A DNA stretch of 64,000 nucleotides from Thermodesulfobacteriota bacterium (GCA_963422265.1 OY729416.1:151540-215539); one strand, 5' to 3'; counted from the stretch's first letter, positions 1-10,446 are shown. Translations and numbers: made by a program. Notes: generated by a model not told the origin, from the letters alone.

Positions 1-182
1 TCAACAAAAGACTGTCGGTTTTTAGCCGATTCGTATTCAGCATTTTCAGAAAGATCTCCGAGCGATCTAGCGTATTCAATAGATTTTATCACCTCTGGTC
101 TTTCTACAGTTTTAAGCCTGTTGAGTTCACCCCGCATTTTCTTGAATCCATTAGGAGTTATTGGAACTCTTTCAGTAGTCAC
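1..182 (-). CDS. greA: Transcription elongation factor GreA, N-terminal part (gene runs off the left edge)
   Basis: Reverse-strand translation from GTG at 182..180 reads VTTERVPITPNGFKKMRGELNRLKTVERPEVIKSIEYARSLGDLSENAEYESAKNRQSF, the GreA N-terminal coiled-coil signature. A GGAGGG Shine-Dalgarno (ccctcc at 190-195 on the + strand) lies 7 nt upstream. It is absent from the ORF track because the window edge truncates it. Confidence 0.85.
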   Translation of the reverse strand, partial: MTTERVPITPNGFKKMRGELNRLKTVERPEVIKSIEYARSLGDLSENAEYESAKNRQSFV

Positions 183-203
183 GTTATTTCCCTCCTTAAA
201 TTA

Positions 204-3200
204 CTAATAATAATCTTGAAGGGCTTTGACTTCCAGTCCTTCTTTAAGCAAAACTTCGATTGCCCCTACTGCCGCGATCCCACCCTCCATTGTAGTAAAA
301 TAGGGAACTCCGTGCAGGAGGGCACTCCTTCTTATTGAATACGATTGAGCCACTTCCGTCTCGCCAAAAGTCGTGTTAAGAATAAGTTGCACCCCGCCAC
401 TTTTTATATGGTCCACAATATGAGGGTGCCCATCTTTTACTTTTTTTACGTATTCACATTCAATATCTCTATCTCTGAAATACTTAGCCGTGCCTTGTGT
501 AGCCAAAACTTCAAAGCCGAGGCGCAACAGATCCTTCGCTATCTTGGAAGCCTTGAGCTTATCATCGTCCTTAATGCTTATAAACGCAGTCCCTCCTAGC
601 GGCAGCTCAGTGCCAGAGGCAATCTGGGATTTTGCAAATGCCTTTCTTATATCCGTGTCAATACCCATTACTTCTCCTGTTGATTTCATTTCCGGACCCA
701 AAATCGTGTCAACACCCGGAAACTTAAGGAATGGGAATACTGACTCCTTTACGCATATATGTTTAGGAATAATTTCCTTGGTAAAGCCGAGTTCATCCAG
801 TGTTTTTCCTATCATTATTTTAGTAGCTAGCTTAGCAAGCGGTACCCCTGTAGCCTTACTGACAAATGGCACTGTGCGGCTTGCCCTAGGATTAACCTCA
901 ATTATGTAAACCTCCCAGTCTTTGACTGCAAACTGTAAATTTATGAGCCCTTTTGCCTTAATAGCTAAAGCAAGCTCTCTTGTCTGGTGCTTTATCTCGT
1001 CGATGATTGAATCCTCAATAGAAAAGGGGGGAAGCACCATTGCGCTGTCTCCAGAATGCACCCCAGCCTCTTCTATATGCTCTAAGATGCCTGCAACTAC
1101 TACTTTCTTGCCATCAGAGAGTGCATCTACATCAAGCTCTTTTGCGTTGTTAAGAAACTTATCAATTAGAATAGGCTGATTTGGAGAGATTCTAACAGCT
1201 TCTTCGATATAGCGCTCTAAAGATTGCTCGGTATAAACGATCTCCATCGCCCTGCCTCCTAAAACGTAGGAAGGTCGGACGACGACCGGGTAGTCAATTT
1301 CCTTCGCTATCTGAATAGCCTCTTTTTTACCTCTCGCAATGCCGCTTTCAGGCTGCTTAAAACCCAGTTTATGAATTAAATTTCTGAACCTTTCTCTATC
1401 CTCGGCTAGATCAATGCTATCGGGAGGCGTTCCAATTATCTTTACGCCTCTCTGCTCAAGCGGAATGGCGAGCTTAAGAGGGGTCTGCCCCCCTAGGTGC
1501 ACTATTACTCCATCGGGTTTCTCTCTTTGGATGACCGACAATGTGTCTTCCAAGGTAAGAGGTTCGAAATAAAGCCTGCCCGACGTGTCATAATCCGTGC
1601 TTACTGTCTCAGGGTTGCAATTAACCATGATTGATTCAATGCCTTCCTCTCTAAGTGAAAACGAGGCGTGGACGCAACAATAATCAAATTCAATTCCCTG
1701 TCCAATTCTATTTGGTCCACCACCCAAAATCATAACTTTCCGACTATCCATAGGAGCAGTCTCATCTTCTTGTTCAAAAGTGGAGTAAAAGTAAGGAGTA
1801 TGCGCTTCAAATTCGGCAGCGCATGTGTCAACCATTTTGTAAACCGGTTTTATATTATCTCTTTCCCTTGAATGCCTTACACCATCCTCAGAGTTTGAGG
1901 TAAGGTTAGCAATTCTTTCATCAGAAAATCCGTAAGCCTTTGCTTTTCTAATCATATTCTCGTTCAATTTTCCGTTCCCGGAGCTAATTTCACGTTCCAT
2001 TTCAATTATCTGCTTTACGTTTATGAGAAACCATGGATCAATAAACGTTAGCTCATATACCTCATCAACGTCCATCCCACATCTAAAGGCATCCGCCAGA
2101 TACCAGAGTCTTTCTGAATTTGGGGTTTTTAGCCTTTCCTTTATTAATTCAACGTCCTTAGTTTTTGGCGTAAATCCTGACGAATCAACTTCAAGCGAGC
2201 GTATGGCTTTTTGCAGAGATTCCTTAAAAGTCCTCCCGATCGCCATAGCCTCGCCTACTGACTTCATTTGCGTTGTCAGGGACGATTCAGCCTTGGGAAA
2301 CTTATCAAAATTGAACCTTGGGATCTTTACTACTACATAGTCAATTGTTGGCTCAAAAGACGCGGGAGTATATTGAGTTATATCATTAGGGATTTCATCA
2401 AGCGTATAGCCTACAGCAAGTTTCGCTGCTATCTTGGCAATAGGAAACCCGGTCGCTTTAGAAGCCAAGGCGGAGCTTCTTGAGACCCGCGGGTTCATTT
2501 CAATTACAAACATCCTCCCGTCCTTTGGGTTTATGGCAAATTGGACGTTTGATCCTCCTGTGTCAACGCCTATTTCTCTAATTATTCTCATGGAAGCGTC
2601 GCGCATTCTTTGGTATTCTTTATCCGTGAGGGTTTGAGAAGGCGCTACGGTAATGCTATCGCCCGTATGAACTCCCATGGGATCAAAGTTCTCTATTGAG
2701 CATATAATTACTACGTTATCGTTACTATCTCGCATCACTTCAAGCTCATACTCCTTCCAACCGAGCACGGATTCTTCTATAAGAACCTCTGTAGAAGGGC
2801 TCAAATCCAGACCGCATCTTACGTACTCCTCAAATTCCTCACTGCTGTAAGCGACGTTGCCTCCTACCCCGCCAAGGGTAAATGAGGGTCTTATTATCAA
2901 AGGGAAGCCTATTTTGTCCATTACTCGCGTAGCTTCCTCCATAGTCCGTGCTATGCCGCTTTTGGGAACCTCAAGTCCGATCTTTATCATGGCATTCTTA
3001 AAAAGCTCTCGGTTCTCTGCTTTCTTTATAGCGGGGAGTTTAGCCCCTATGAGTTCCACGCCATGTCTTTCAAGTGCTCCTGATTCAGCTAGAGCAACCG
3101 CTACGTTAAGCGCCGTCTGACCGCCGAGGGTAGGAAGCAAGGCGTCTGGCGTCTCTTTTTCAATTATCTTTTCAACTATCTCAGGCACTATGGGTTCTAT

Positions 3201-3395
3201 ATAAGTTCTGTCGGCAAACGTTGGGTCAGTCATAATAGTGGCGGGATTACTATTTACGAGAATAATCCTGTAGCCCTCTTCCTCAAGAGCTTTACACGCT
3301 TGGGTGCCTGAGTAGTCAAACTCGCACGCCTGCCCTATAACTATAGGACCCGAACCAATTATCAAAATTGTTTTAATATCAGCGCGTTTTGGCAT
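204..3395 (-). CDS. carB: Carbamoyl-phosphate synthase large subunit
   Basis: 1063-aa ORF. The N-terminus is [30 protein letters not shown], and a duplicated second ATP-grasp half starts at [23 protein letters not shown]. Length and MGS-like C-terminus are typical of CarB. Confidence 0.97.
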   Translation of the reverse strand: MPKRADIKTILIIGSGPIVIGQACEFDYSGTQACKALEEEGYRIILVNSNPATIMTDPTFADRTYIEPIVPEIVEKIIEKETPDALLPTLGGQTALNVAVALAESGALERHGVELIGAKLPAIKKAENRELFKNAMIKIGLEVPKSGIARTMEEATRVMDKIGFPLIIRPSFTLGGVGGNVAYSSEEFEEYVRCGLDLSPSTEVLIEESVLGWKEYELEVMRDSNDNVVIICSIENFDPMGVHTGDSITVAPSQTLTDKEYQRMRDASMRIIREIGVDTGGSNVQFAINPKDGRMFVIEMNPRVSRSSALASKATGFPIAKIAAKLAVGYTLDEIPNDITQYTPASFEPTIDYVVVKIPRFNFDKFPKAESSLTTQMKSVGEAMAIGRTFKESLQKAIRSLEVDSSGFTPKTKDVELIKERLKTPNSERLWYLADAFRCGMDVDEVYELTFIDPWFLINVKQIIEMEREISSGNGKLNENMIRKAKAYGFSDERIANLTSNSEDGVRHSRERDNIKPVYKMVDTCAAEFEAHTPYFYSTFEQEDETAPMDSRKVMILGGGPNRIGQGIEFDYCCVHASFSLREEGIESIMVNCNPETVSTDYDTSGRLYFEPLTLEDTLSVIQREKPDGVIVHLGGQTPLKLAIPLEQRGVKIIGTPPDSIDLAEDRERFRNLIHKLGFKQPESGIARGKKEAIQIAKEIDYPVVVRPSYVLGGRAMEIVYTEQSLERYIEEAVRISPNQPILIDKFLNNAKELDVDALSDGKKVVVAGILEHIEEAGVHSGDSAMVLPPFSIEDSIIDEIKHQTRELALAIKAKGLINLQFAVKDWEVYIIEVNPRASRTVPFVSKATGVPLAKLATKIMIGKTLDELGFTKEIIPKHICVKESVFPFLKFPGVDTILGPEMKSTGEVMGIDTDIRKAFAKSQIASGTELPLGGTAFISIKDDDKLKASKIAKDLLRLGFEVLATQGTAKYFRDRDIECEYVKKVKDGHPHIVDHIKSGGVQLILNTTFGETEVAQSYSIRRSALLHGVPYFTTMEGGIAAVGAIEVLLKEGLEVKALQDYY

Positions 3396-3521
3396 AGTAG
3401 GAGCTTATCCACACTATTGTCATACAGCTATGCTTTGTTTATAGAGACTCGCTTGAATGTGCCCTTTTAACGGCTAGCATGGTCCTATTTCTCGTGAGAT
3501 CAGTATCAGAATTCCTATCTT

Positions 3522-4232
3522 TCAAGTCTCGGTGTCTTTTAGCGTCTTTCTCTTTGCCAATTCGCCCATCACGTGGGTCATTCTCTGAATTGCTGTATAT
3601 AGAGAAAAGACCAACAGAATAACCAAAGCGAGCTTGAGCAGGTAGTTGTCCCCTTGGAATCCTAAAGCTCTAGCTGCCAAATTGCCGAGGAAATCAAATA
3701 CGGAGAGAACGCCTAGATACACGACCCTTTCTGTTCTCTGCATTATTCCCACTTCGCACTTAACCCCAAGCCCCTCTGCCCTTGCCCTAGTGTAGCTAAC
3801 CATCGTAGTGGAGACTAGAATAAGATACATTACGTATATGAATACTGACTCCCGGAAAAAACTAAGTAGTCCCATGTAAATTAAGGCTTCTGCAAACCTA
3901 TCGAGGCATGAGTCGAAAAACGCTCCGTGCTCGCTGTTTACGCCAAGTGCTCTAGCGACGCGCCCATCAAAAATATCGAAGGTGGATCCAGCCAAGACCA
4001 ATACGCCTGCTACGAAGATGAATCCGAGGTGATAACATAACCCCGCTATACCTCCAACGACTAGCGTAGATAGGGTTAATACGTTAGGGTGAATTTTAAT
4101 CTTTAGAAGATAATCCTCAATAGGTAGAACAAGTAATAACCACCAAGCCTTGACGCCACTTCCCAACAGTTTGGAAGACTCGGGCTCTTTATTGTTTTTG
4201 GCTCTCTGCACAATTTCCTTGGGGCGGGTCAT
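3522..4232 (-). CDS. CDP-alcohol phosphatidyltransferase family protein (PgsA/PssA-like phospholipid synthase)
   Basis: Multi-TM 236-aa ORF carrying the DG(x2)AR(x8)G(x3)D(x3)D motif as DIFDGRVARALGVNSEHGAFFDSCLD. Confidence 0.8.
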   Translation of the reverse strand: MTRPKEIVQRAKNNKEPESSKLLGSGVKAWWLLLVLPIEDYLLKIKIHPNVLTLSTLVVGGIAGLCYHLGFIFVAGVLVLAGSTFDIFDGRVARALGVNSEHGAFFDSCLDRFAEALIYMGLLSFFRESVFIYVMYLILVSTTMVSYTRARAEGLGVKCEVGIMQRTERVVYLGVLSVFDFLGNLAARALGFQGDNYLLKLALVILLVFSLYTAIQRMTHVMGELAKRKTLKDTET

Positions 4233-4350
4233 AACAATCCTAAACTACTATGGTTTTTACTTTAGTAAAAGTATCAGTTTTAAGCAAGGGTGGCAAGAGA
4301 TAAAACTTTACTAATCCAACTTATAGAGCGTATTACTAAACACCGAGAGT

Positions 4351-5037
4351 CTAATCATTAACAGTTGTATATAAAAACGTCACGTCCGGTTCCAGTTCCT
4401 TGAGCCTCTCGCCGTATATATTGGCTTTTTCTTTGCTATCAAAAGTTCCTATTCTTAACCTATGCAGAATTTTACCGTCAGAAAATTTTACGGACTTGAT
4501 AAAAACAGGATAGCCCTTTGATTTCATTATCCTAACAAATCTATCAGCCTTATCCTTATTTCTGAAAGATGCTATTTGCACCGTCCAACGACCACCATGA
4601 GCAATGGACGGCAGTTCTAGGCTTTCTTTTGCAGTTCGCTCTTTTTCAGTTGAAGCGCTCTTTTCAATCTCAATACCAATATGAGAAGAAGGTTGCTTCT
4701 GCACGGATGCGTCTTGTTCCAGGGACTGCTTTTGACTAACCTCTAAAGGATACTCTTCTGCTACGTCAGATACCCTCGTTGGGCTAAGCCTGCGAGACGT
4801 GGATTTAATCCCTTCCTCTCTAGCTTCTAGCTTATTGTCCACAAGAGCTTCTCTAGGACTTTCTGAACCGTCAATCCCTTGATCCCCTCTCTTGCTTGTC
4901 ATCTTAGTGCCAGCTTCTATATTGGTTACTCCCTTACCCACTATAACTCCTAAGCTAAATACGAGTATAAAGAGTATAGAGAAAGCGAAACAGAGCACTA
5001 ATATCTGAGTTTTACTTGGTTTAGCTTTATCACTCAT
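4351..5037 (-). CDS. SPOR domain-containing membrane-anchored protein
   Basis: N-terminal TM helix (ILVLCFAFSILFILVFSLGVIV), a low-complexity acidic/Ser linker, and a C-terminal SPOR-like segment WTVQIASFRNKDKADRFVRIMKSKGYPVFI...HRLRIGTFDSKEKA. Confidence 0.7.
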   Translation of the reverse strand: MSDKAKPSKTQILVLCFAFSILFILVFSLGVIVGKGVTNIEAGTKMTSKRGDQGIDGSESPREALVDNKLEAREEGIKSTSRRLSPTRVSDVAEEYPLEVSQKQSLEQDASVQKQPSSHIGIEIEKSASTEKERTAKESLELPSIAHGGRWTVQIASFRNKDKADRFVRIMKSKGYPVFIKSVKFSDGKILHRLRIGTFDSKEKANIYGERLKELEPDVTFLYTTVND

Positions 5038-5041
5038 AAGA

Positions 5042-6724
5042 TCACATCTCTTCTGGCGTGGATATGCCTAACAATCTGAGTCCGTTGCTCAAAACGATCC
5101 GAACGCACTTAACTAGGTGAAGCCTAGCACTACTTAGTGCCTGATTTTCATTAACAATTCTACACTTATTATAATAAACGTGGAAATCCGCTGCAATTTC
5201 CTGAAGGTAATACGCCACTTTATGAGGTGCTAGGCGTAAAGCCCCTTCTTCAACCGCTTTGGGGAAGAGCAGAAGTTTTTTAATAAGCTCAATCTCTTGA
5301 GAGTCTCTAAGGAGATTCAACGAGCTAGCTAATGGATGTAAGTCCACCTCTTTTGCTTTCCTAAATATGCTATTAATTCTTACGTACGCATACTGTATAT
5401 AGTAAACCGGGTTCTCGCTAGATTCTTTCCTAGCTAAACCCAGATCGAAATCCAAGTGGCTCTCAGAACTTCGCATGAGAAGAAAATAACGAGTTACGTC
5501 AGCACCTACTTCATTTATAACGTCGCGCATTGTGACGTAGCTCCCTGCTCGTTTAGACATAGGGACCTCTTTGCCGTTTTCCATAAGCCTTACAAATTGG
5601 ATCAGCACGACGTTTAATTTTGAATCATCATACCCCAATGCCCTTAGCGCAGCCTTAAGGCGGGATACGTGACCGTGATGATCCGCTCCCCATACGTTAA
5701 TTAGATTTTGATAACCCCTTTCTAATTTATCGCAATGGTAAGCTATATCGGCAAGAAAATAGGTAGGCGATCCATCGCTTTTAACCATTACCCAATCCTG
5801 AGAGTCTCCATATTCAGAAGCCTTAAACCAAAGGGCTCCGTCCTTGTTCTCTAAGGCGCCCTTCCGCTCTAACTGATCTTTGGTTCTGTCGAGTCTTGTT
5901 TTATCTTCAGCATTGAGGTAAGGGCTATGAATCTTGTCGAGTTCGCTATACCACTCATCAAAATAAACCCCGATTCTTTTCAAATCAATGTTAATACCCT
6001 CTAAAAGGGTTGAAGAGGCATAGTTCCTTGAGTAGGATAGGGCGTCTTCCTCAGTCATATCCTTTAGCAAGCCGTTACCCTTTTCATCATTGATTGCTTT
6101 TGCTATTTTTCTTATATAATCACCTTTGTAGCCATCTTCCGGGATTTGAGATTCCTCGCCGACAAACTCTTTGTATCTAGCGTAAACCGATTGTCCTAGA
6201 AGGCGTATCTGCCTTCCTGCGTCATTTATGTAGAACTCTCTTGTAATTTGATGACCGGTAGCTTTCAGCAAACTTGATATTGTGTCTCCAACGACGGCGT
6301 TTCGGGCGTGACCCATGTGGAGATAGCCAGTAGGATTCGCACTTACGAACTCGACCAAGACTTTCTTATTCTTCCCGATGTCAATATAACCAAACTCTTC
6401 TCCCAAGCTATCAATTTCATTGAGCTTATTTACTATAGCCTGCTCTTTGACAAAAAAGTTTATAAATCCAGCCCCCGCTATTTCAATTTTCTTAAATAGG
6501 GAGTTTTTCTCCTCGGGTAGATTTTCAATTATAAGCTCCGCCGTACGACGGGAGTTTTCTCCCATTCTCTTTGCGAGAATCATAGCTGTATTTACCGAGA
6601 AATCACCGAACTCCTTCCTCTTCGGCACGTCAACGTCAACCATTAGGTTTAGATCGTCTAAACCAACCTTAACCCTTATATTCTCAACGGATTCAGCTAC
6701 AATTCTTTCTATATCTTCTTTCAT
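5042..6724 (-). CDS. argS: Arginine--tRNA ligase
   Basis: Class I signature HMGH (SANPTGYLHMGHARN), MSKR (KMSKS variant), and the ArgS C-terminal anticodon-binding region ending PEEM. The tracked ORF extends to 6808 but begins with TTG. The first ATG (MKEDIERIV) is at 6724, which I prefer. Confidence 0.93.
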   Translation of the reverse strand: MKEDIERIVAESVENIRVKVGLDDLNLMVDVDVPKRKEFGDFSVNTAMILAKRMGENSRRTAELIIENLPEEKNSLFKKIEIAGAGFINFFVKEQAIVNKLNEIDSLGEEFGYIDIGKNKKVLVEFVSANPTGYLHMGHARNAVVGDTISSLLKATGHQITREFYINDAGRQIRLLGQSVYARYKEFVGEESQIPEDGYKGDYIRKIAKAINDEKGNGLLKDMTEEDALSYSRNYASSTLLEGINIDLKRIGVYFDEWYSELDKIHSPYLNAEDKTRLDRTKDQLERKGALENKDGALWFKASEYGDSQDWVMVKSDGSPTYFLADIAYHCDKLERGYQNLINVWGADHHGHVSRLKAALRALGYDDSKLNVVLIQFVRLMENGKEVPMSKRAGSYVTMRDVINEVGADVTRYFLLMRSSESHLDFDLGLARKESSENPVYYIQYAYVRINSIFRKAKEVDLHPLASSLNLLRDSQEIELIKKLLLFPKAVEEGALRLAPHKVAYYLQEIAADFHVYYNKCRIVNENQALSSARLHLVKCVRIVLSNGLRLLGISTPEEM

Positions 6725-6815
6725 TTCAGATCGGAAGATTACACCATATATTGATTCAAGCCGCAAGAAGCCGAAGCGTTTAGGTCTCGCAATATTCTTG
6801 CTGCGCAATTAAAAC

Positions 6816-7436
6816 TCAGGGGATGGTCGCCATAGGGGTAAGGTGCGATAAGTTGTTCAGTTCTTTTATTTTAATTTCTCCTCTTTCGCAAACGATTAAG
6901 TTCTTACAGGAAGCCTGCAGATCGAAATGGCGGAAACTCTTGAGTCCCAAACCCGTGATTTTGCACAATAAAGTTACAATTGCTAGATTGTGACTAACTA
7001 TAACTATGGTTTCTCCCTCGTGCTTTTTAAGGACTTTTTCAAAATATTCCCATACTCTCTCCTGCACTTGACTTAGTGATTCTCCCTTAGGTAGTACTAA
7101 TTTTTCCGGATCCTCACGCCACTTTTTGAGAATATGAGCGTACCTTTCCTTTATCTCCTCGAATTCAAGTCCTTCGAACTCCCCCTGGTTCATTTCTCTC
7201 AAGTCGGCATCAACTTTTACAGGCAAACGGTGATGACTCGCAATTTGCCGCGCGGTTTCATAGGCTCTTTTAAGATCACTGGAATAAATGGCGGAGATCT
7301 TTTCGTTTCTAAGTGAATTTGCTAGTTCTCTAACCTGTTTCCTTCCGTTTTGGTTTAATACTATATCAGAAACTCCTTGGCATCTGCCAGTGCGGTTCCA
7401 ATCCGTTTCTCCATGTCGTATCAGTATCAGATTCAT
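6816..7436 (-). CDS. Histidine phosphatase family protein (PGAM/CobC-like)
   Basis: MNLILIRHGETDWN with the RHG catalytic motif, and a size of 206 aa. The substrate cannot be assigned from sequence alone. Confidence 0.8.
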   Translation of the reverse strand: MNLILIRHGETDWNRTGRCQGVSDIVLNQNGRKQVRELANSLRNEKISAIYSSDLKRAYETARQIASHHRLPVKVDADLREMNQGEFEGLEFEEIKERYAHILKKWREDPEKLVLPKGESLSQVQERVWEYFEKVLKKHEGETIVIVSHNLAIVTLLCKITGLGLKSFRHFDLQASCKNLIVCERGEIKIKELNNLSHLTPMATIP

Positions 7437-7493
7437 TTTCAGTCTCTACCGAGTTGTAAGGCGACAAAAGAGGCTATACGTCCGCTCGCCAGA

Positions 7494-8405
7494 TTAGAAT
7501 GGCTCGTTTCTAAACGGGACAACTATACCCTCGGTTCTAGCCTCCTTCGCAAGTTTAGGAGGTGGAGCGGGTAGCGGCGCGGACTTATAAATTGCATTTA
7601 AGCAATAATGATCAAACGCGACGTTTCCTGAAGATTCTTCTACCCTTACTTTATAGACTCTGCCCATCTGATCAATCTTAAAAAATATAAGTGCAACGAG
7701 GCTTCCGTCTGTAGGCACGCCAGGTGGGATATTCCAACTAAGGCGTATCCTCTGATGCACCTGAGCGGTAAACAATTGGCTTATTAATGGGTTTACCAAC
7801 GAACCCGCGGGTGATTCTCGAGAATCTTTACCCTCTACTCCTTCGATTTTTTTATCAGACTTCGCCAATTGTATCTTCCTTTCCCCTCCTTCTTTACTTT
7901 TTCTGTTTAAGTCTTCCAGCACCTTTTCTCTTTGAATGTTCTTAATTATTCTTTCTCGCTCTTTCTCAAAATCTCTTTTTTTAGTCGGTTTGGGCTTAGG
8001 CTTAGGCTTTTCGGATACCTTTTTTTTCTCGGGCTTTTGTTTGATTTTGCTTTTCTTCTCTTCCTTTTTTTTCTTTTTGGTCTCTAAAGGAACTACCTCT
8101 TTTTTCTCAGGTTGTGAAGAATGAGAATTAACCTCTTCCCGTTCCTTTTTAATCTTTCTGGGATCAGGCGCGGATTTCTCCGCGTTGGCGGGAGGCTTTG
8201 ATTTATCAACGCTAACTTTATCAAGTTCGGAGAGTGACACTTGAATAGGAGCTTCCTTACTAACAACGTAATTGGTAACCGTTCTAAATCCCCAGAAAAA
8301 AACCAGTGCTAACACAACCGCGTGTAAAGCTATTGAAAGGAAGGCTCCACCAAATGACGAGCCTTTCGAAGAATCGCTGTTTGATGATTTCATGTCCCCG
8401 TTCAT
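7494..8405 (-). CDS. TolA/TonB-family energy-transducer protein
   Basis: N-terminal TM helix, a Lys/Glu/Pro-rich spacer including KPKPKPKP, and a C-terminal TonB/TolA-type domain (VRVEESSGNVAFDHYCLNAIYKSAPLPAPP). It lies immediately downstream of the Q/R-type genes. Confidence 0.75.
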   Translation of the reverse strand: MNGDMKSSNSDSSKGSSFGGAFLSIALHAVVLALVFFWGFRTVTNYVVSKEAPIQVSLSELDKVSVDKSKPPANAEKSAPDPRKIKKEREEVNSHSSQPEKKEVVPLETKKKKKEEKKSKIKQKPEKKKVSEKPKPKPKPTKKRDFEKERERIIKNIQREKVLEDLNRKSKEGGERKIQLAKSDKKIEGVEGKDSRESPAGSLVNPLISQLFTAQVHQRIRLSWNIPPGVPTDGSLVALIFFKIDQMGRVYKVRVEESSGNVAFDHYCLNAIYKSAPLPAPPPKLAKEARTEGIVVPFRNEPF

Positions 8406-8411
8406 CTTCAG

Positions 8412-8846
8412 TTATCTCTTGGGATTAGGTTCCGTTATAAGCCCTAGATTGGATACTCCCGCGTTTCGTATCTCCGACATAACTTCTACCACCGTGCCGT
8501 AGGGGACATTTGAATCGGCTCTTAGGAAAACCTCTTCTTCCGTTACATCTTGCGGGCTTGCTGTAATAAGTCGTTGAATCGCTGACCTCAGCTCGGGCAG
8601 CGTATGCCTGTTTTTCTCTATGAATATTTCGCCTGCTCGATTTAGCGTAACTACCACCCTTTTCGTGCGTTCTATCGAGGGCATAGGTTTTGACTCGGTC
8701 TTAGGCAGATTAACGTCCACTCCCTGATATAGAATAGGCGTTGTCACCATAAATATAACAAGCAGGACAAGCATCACATCAACAAACGGCGTTACGTTTA
8801 TTTCAGATAGCACCGTCCGTCCATTGTTATTGTTCCGCATTCCCAT
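8412..8846 (-). CDS. ExbD/TolR family biopolymer transport protein
   Basis: 144 aa with a single N-terminal TM (INVTPFVDVMLVLLVIFMV) followed by a periplasmic domain, the typical ExbD/TolR architecture. Confidence 0.85.
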   Translation of the reverse strand: MGMRNNNNGRTVLSEINVTPFVDVMLVLLVIFMVTTPILYQGVDVNLPKTESKPMPSIERTKRVVVTLNRAGEIFIEKNRHTLPELRSAIQRLITASPQDVTEEEVFLRADSNVPYGTVVEVMSEIRNAGVSNLGLITEPNPKR

Positions 8847-8852
8847 AGGTAT

Positions 8853-9611
8853 CTAAACCTTTTTGACGTACCACTCGACTATATTAAGAAATTCAGCTGA
8901 AAAATTTTCCATTTCCACGTCTATTCTTTTTACCCTATTGAGAAAATAGTTATAAGCGACGACTGCTGGAATAGCGGCAGCCAGTCCTATCGCCGTAGCG
9001 ATCAAAGCCTCTGCGATACCGGGAGCTACAGCTTGAAGCGTAGGTATCCCGTCGCTTCCTGCTAGTCCTATGAACGAAGTCATGATACCCCAGACAGTCC
9101 CAAAAAGACCTATAAAGGGAGCCGAGCTTCCCGTCGTAGCTAGAAAGGTCAGCGAGTTCTCAAGCTTAGAAATCTCGGAAGACATTGTTTTTTTTAGCGC
9201 TCTTTCAACAAACTCAGTGACGCCTATGTCCTCAGTAATTGTCTCAGGTGCGGATTTGACTTCAGGATTTTGCGAAGACCTTGATGACCTGCTTACTTTG
9301 AGCATTTCGGAATATCCCGCTCTGAATATCTCCGCGAACGGTCCCCCAATATGCTTTGTCGAAGAGAAGAGTTTGCCTAAGTTGTCACTCGCATTGTAGA
9401 GATCAAGGAACTTTGCCGATTTCTTAGTTACGCTTTTAAGCGCAAAATACTTTGAGAATATAATAGTCCACGAGACTAAGGACATCAGAAGCAGTATTAG
9501 AAGAACCGCTTTAACTACTGGTCCCGCCTGAGCAACTAGCCCAAGCACCTCTATGTTACCACCTATGGCAACCCCTTGTGCTTCAAGCATGAAGTGTGTC
9601 AAATTTGCCAC
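8853..9611 (-). CDS. MotA/TolQ/ExbB proton-channel family protein
   Basis: 252 aa and 3 TM segments. The conserved C-terminal block is APFIGLFGTVWGIM...AEALIATAIGLAAAIPAVVAYN. Confidence 0.88.
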   Translation of the reverse strand: MANLTHFMLEAQGVAIGGNIEVLGLVAQAGPVVKAVLLILLLMSLVSWTIIFSKYFALKSVTKKSAKFLDLYNASDNLGKLFSSTKHIGGPFAEIFRAGYSEMLKVSRSSRSSQNPEVKSAPETITEDIGVTEFVERALKKTMSSEISKLENSLTFLATTGSSAPFIGLFGTVWGIMTSFIGLAGSDGIPTLQAVAPGIAEALIATAIGLAAAIPAVVAYNYFLNRVKRIDVEMENFSAEFLNIVEWYVKKV

Positions 9612-9668
9612 TTTATTAACCTACTTATAAGCAAGATTTAGGATTAGAGTTTCCCACAATTAGCCACT

Positions 9669-9737
9669 AAAATCAAATGAGCCCTGGTGTAAAAATCAAA
9701 TGAGCCCTGGCGTAAAAATCAAATGAGCCCTGGCGTA
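9669..9737. repeat. Three perfect-phase tandem copies of a 23-bp unit AAAATCAAATGAGCCCTGG(T/C)GTA
   Basis: Read directly: copies at 9669-9691, 9692-9714 and 9715-9737, differing at one position only. They sit in the intergenic region 58 nt upstream of the TolQ-like start and 177 nt upstream of the 9914 ORF. Confidence 0.95.
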
Positions 9738-9913
9738 AAACTGGTCAAGGATTTTCGTTTCTCTGTCTCTACTGGATACCGCTTCTCGCATGAAAGATAC
9801 TTCTTAACGTAGCATCAGTTATAATAATCCGTTAGAATCTGGTTTTTCTATCAAAGTTTCCCTTTAATGTATAATTGTCTTTTTTCAAATCTAGTTAATG
9901 AAGGAGGAGTCAA

Positions 9914-10366
9914 ATGACGCGTCTTACAAAAACATCTCTTGCGCTAACGGCTATTGCTTTAGTTGGGTTAATTCCCATATCGGTATTTGCTCAAGAAAAT
10001 AGATACCAAAGGGTGATAGAAGAGAGCTTTTACGTAGTAAAACCTGAGAATGTCGAGAAGTTCTTGCAAGTGTATAGAGACAAGCTATATCCTTTCTGGA
10101 GCGAAATGAGAAAAAGAGGTGTTATTGTTAGCGACTACAAGATGTATTCACAAAGACTCCATACGCTCTCGCCTCTGTGGACCTATAAAACGGTGGTTGA
10201 ATTCAAGAACTACGAGGCGGTCGATAAATGGCTCAAGATAAGGGATGAAGTATATGACGGATTATTCCCTGGCAAGGGTGGATATAAAGCCCCGCGCAAG
10301 GAAATTGACGCAATAACGGAATCCCACTGGGACGAGTTTATAAGAGAGATTCCATTAGCTAAGTGA
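9914..10366 (+). CDS. Hypothetical secreted protein
   Basis: A GGAGGAG Shine-Dalgarno precedes the ATG, and there is a signal peptide (LALTAIALVGLIPISVFAQE). No motif recognised. Confidence 0.6.
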   Translation: MTRLTKTSLALTAIALVGLIPISVFAQENRYQRVIEESFYVVKPENVEKFLQVYRDKLYPFWSEMRKRGVIVSDYKMYSQRLHTLSPLWTYKTVVEFKNYEAVDKWLKIRDEVYDGLFPGKGGYKAPRKEIDAITESHWDEFIREIPLAK

Positions 10367-10446
10367 AGAATATGAAGAATATAACGTAGTATTGTAAGGC
10401 GTTGTCAGTTTTTGAGTTATATGAGTAAGTAAAGGAGCGAGGGAGT

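Noticed and set aside
345-3120. Nine + strand ORFs of 67-139 aa inside carB. Similar antisense or out-of-frame ORFs in the track lie inside argS, gyrB, nuoG/H, tamB, the aldehyde dehydrogenase, hisF/hisA, rng, the helicase and methylase, purA, hisZ, serA, amt and the porin.
   Set aside because: All lie wholly within long ORFs that carry unambiguous family motifs on the other strand or frame. Their translations are low-complexity (Ser/Leu/Pro-rich) shadow frames without start-site signals.
3405-3413. A perfect DnaA box TTATCCACA in the carB/pgsA-like spacer, and a second perfect box (TGTGGATAA, 10512-10520) inside dcd. I considered oriC because gyrB is nearby.
   Set aside because: These are two isolated 9-mers 7 kb apart, roughly the number expected by chance in 128 kb of two-strand sequence. 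There is no cluster, no adjacent AT-rich unwinding element, and no dnaA/dnaN in the window.
6725-6808. A 28-aa N-terminal extension of argS, and similar extensions of coaX to 39445, the porin to 59601, and cassette genes to 14133 and 14725.
   Set aside because: The extended ORFs for argS, the porin and the two cassette genes begin at TTG codons, which I checked, and I saw no ribosome-binding site in front of them. The coaX extension I rejected because the ATG at 39391 is directly preceded by a strong Shine-Dalgarno. In every case an internal ATG gives the N-terminus typical of the family, often with a clear Shine-Dalgarno.
9669-9737. Possible CRISPR array.
   Set aside because: The three 23-bp units are contiguous with no spacers. 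No cas genes are present and the units are not palindromic. I called it a simple tandem repeat instead.
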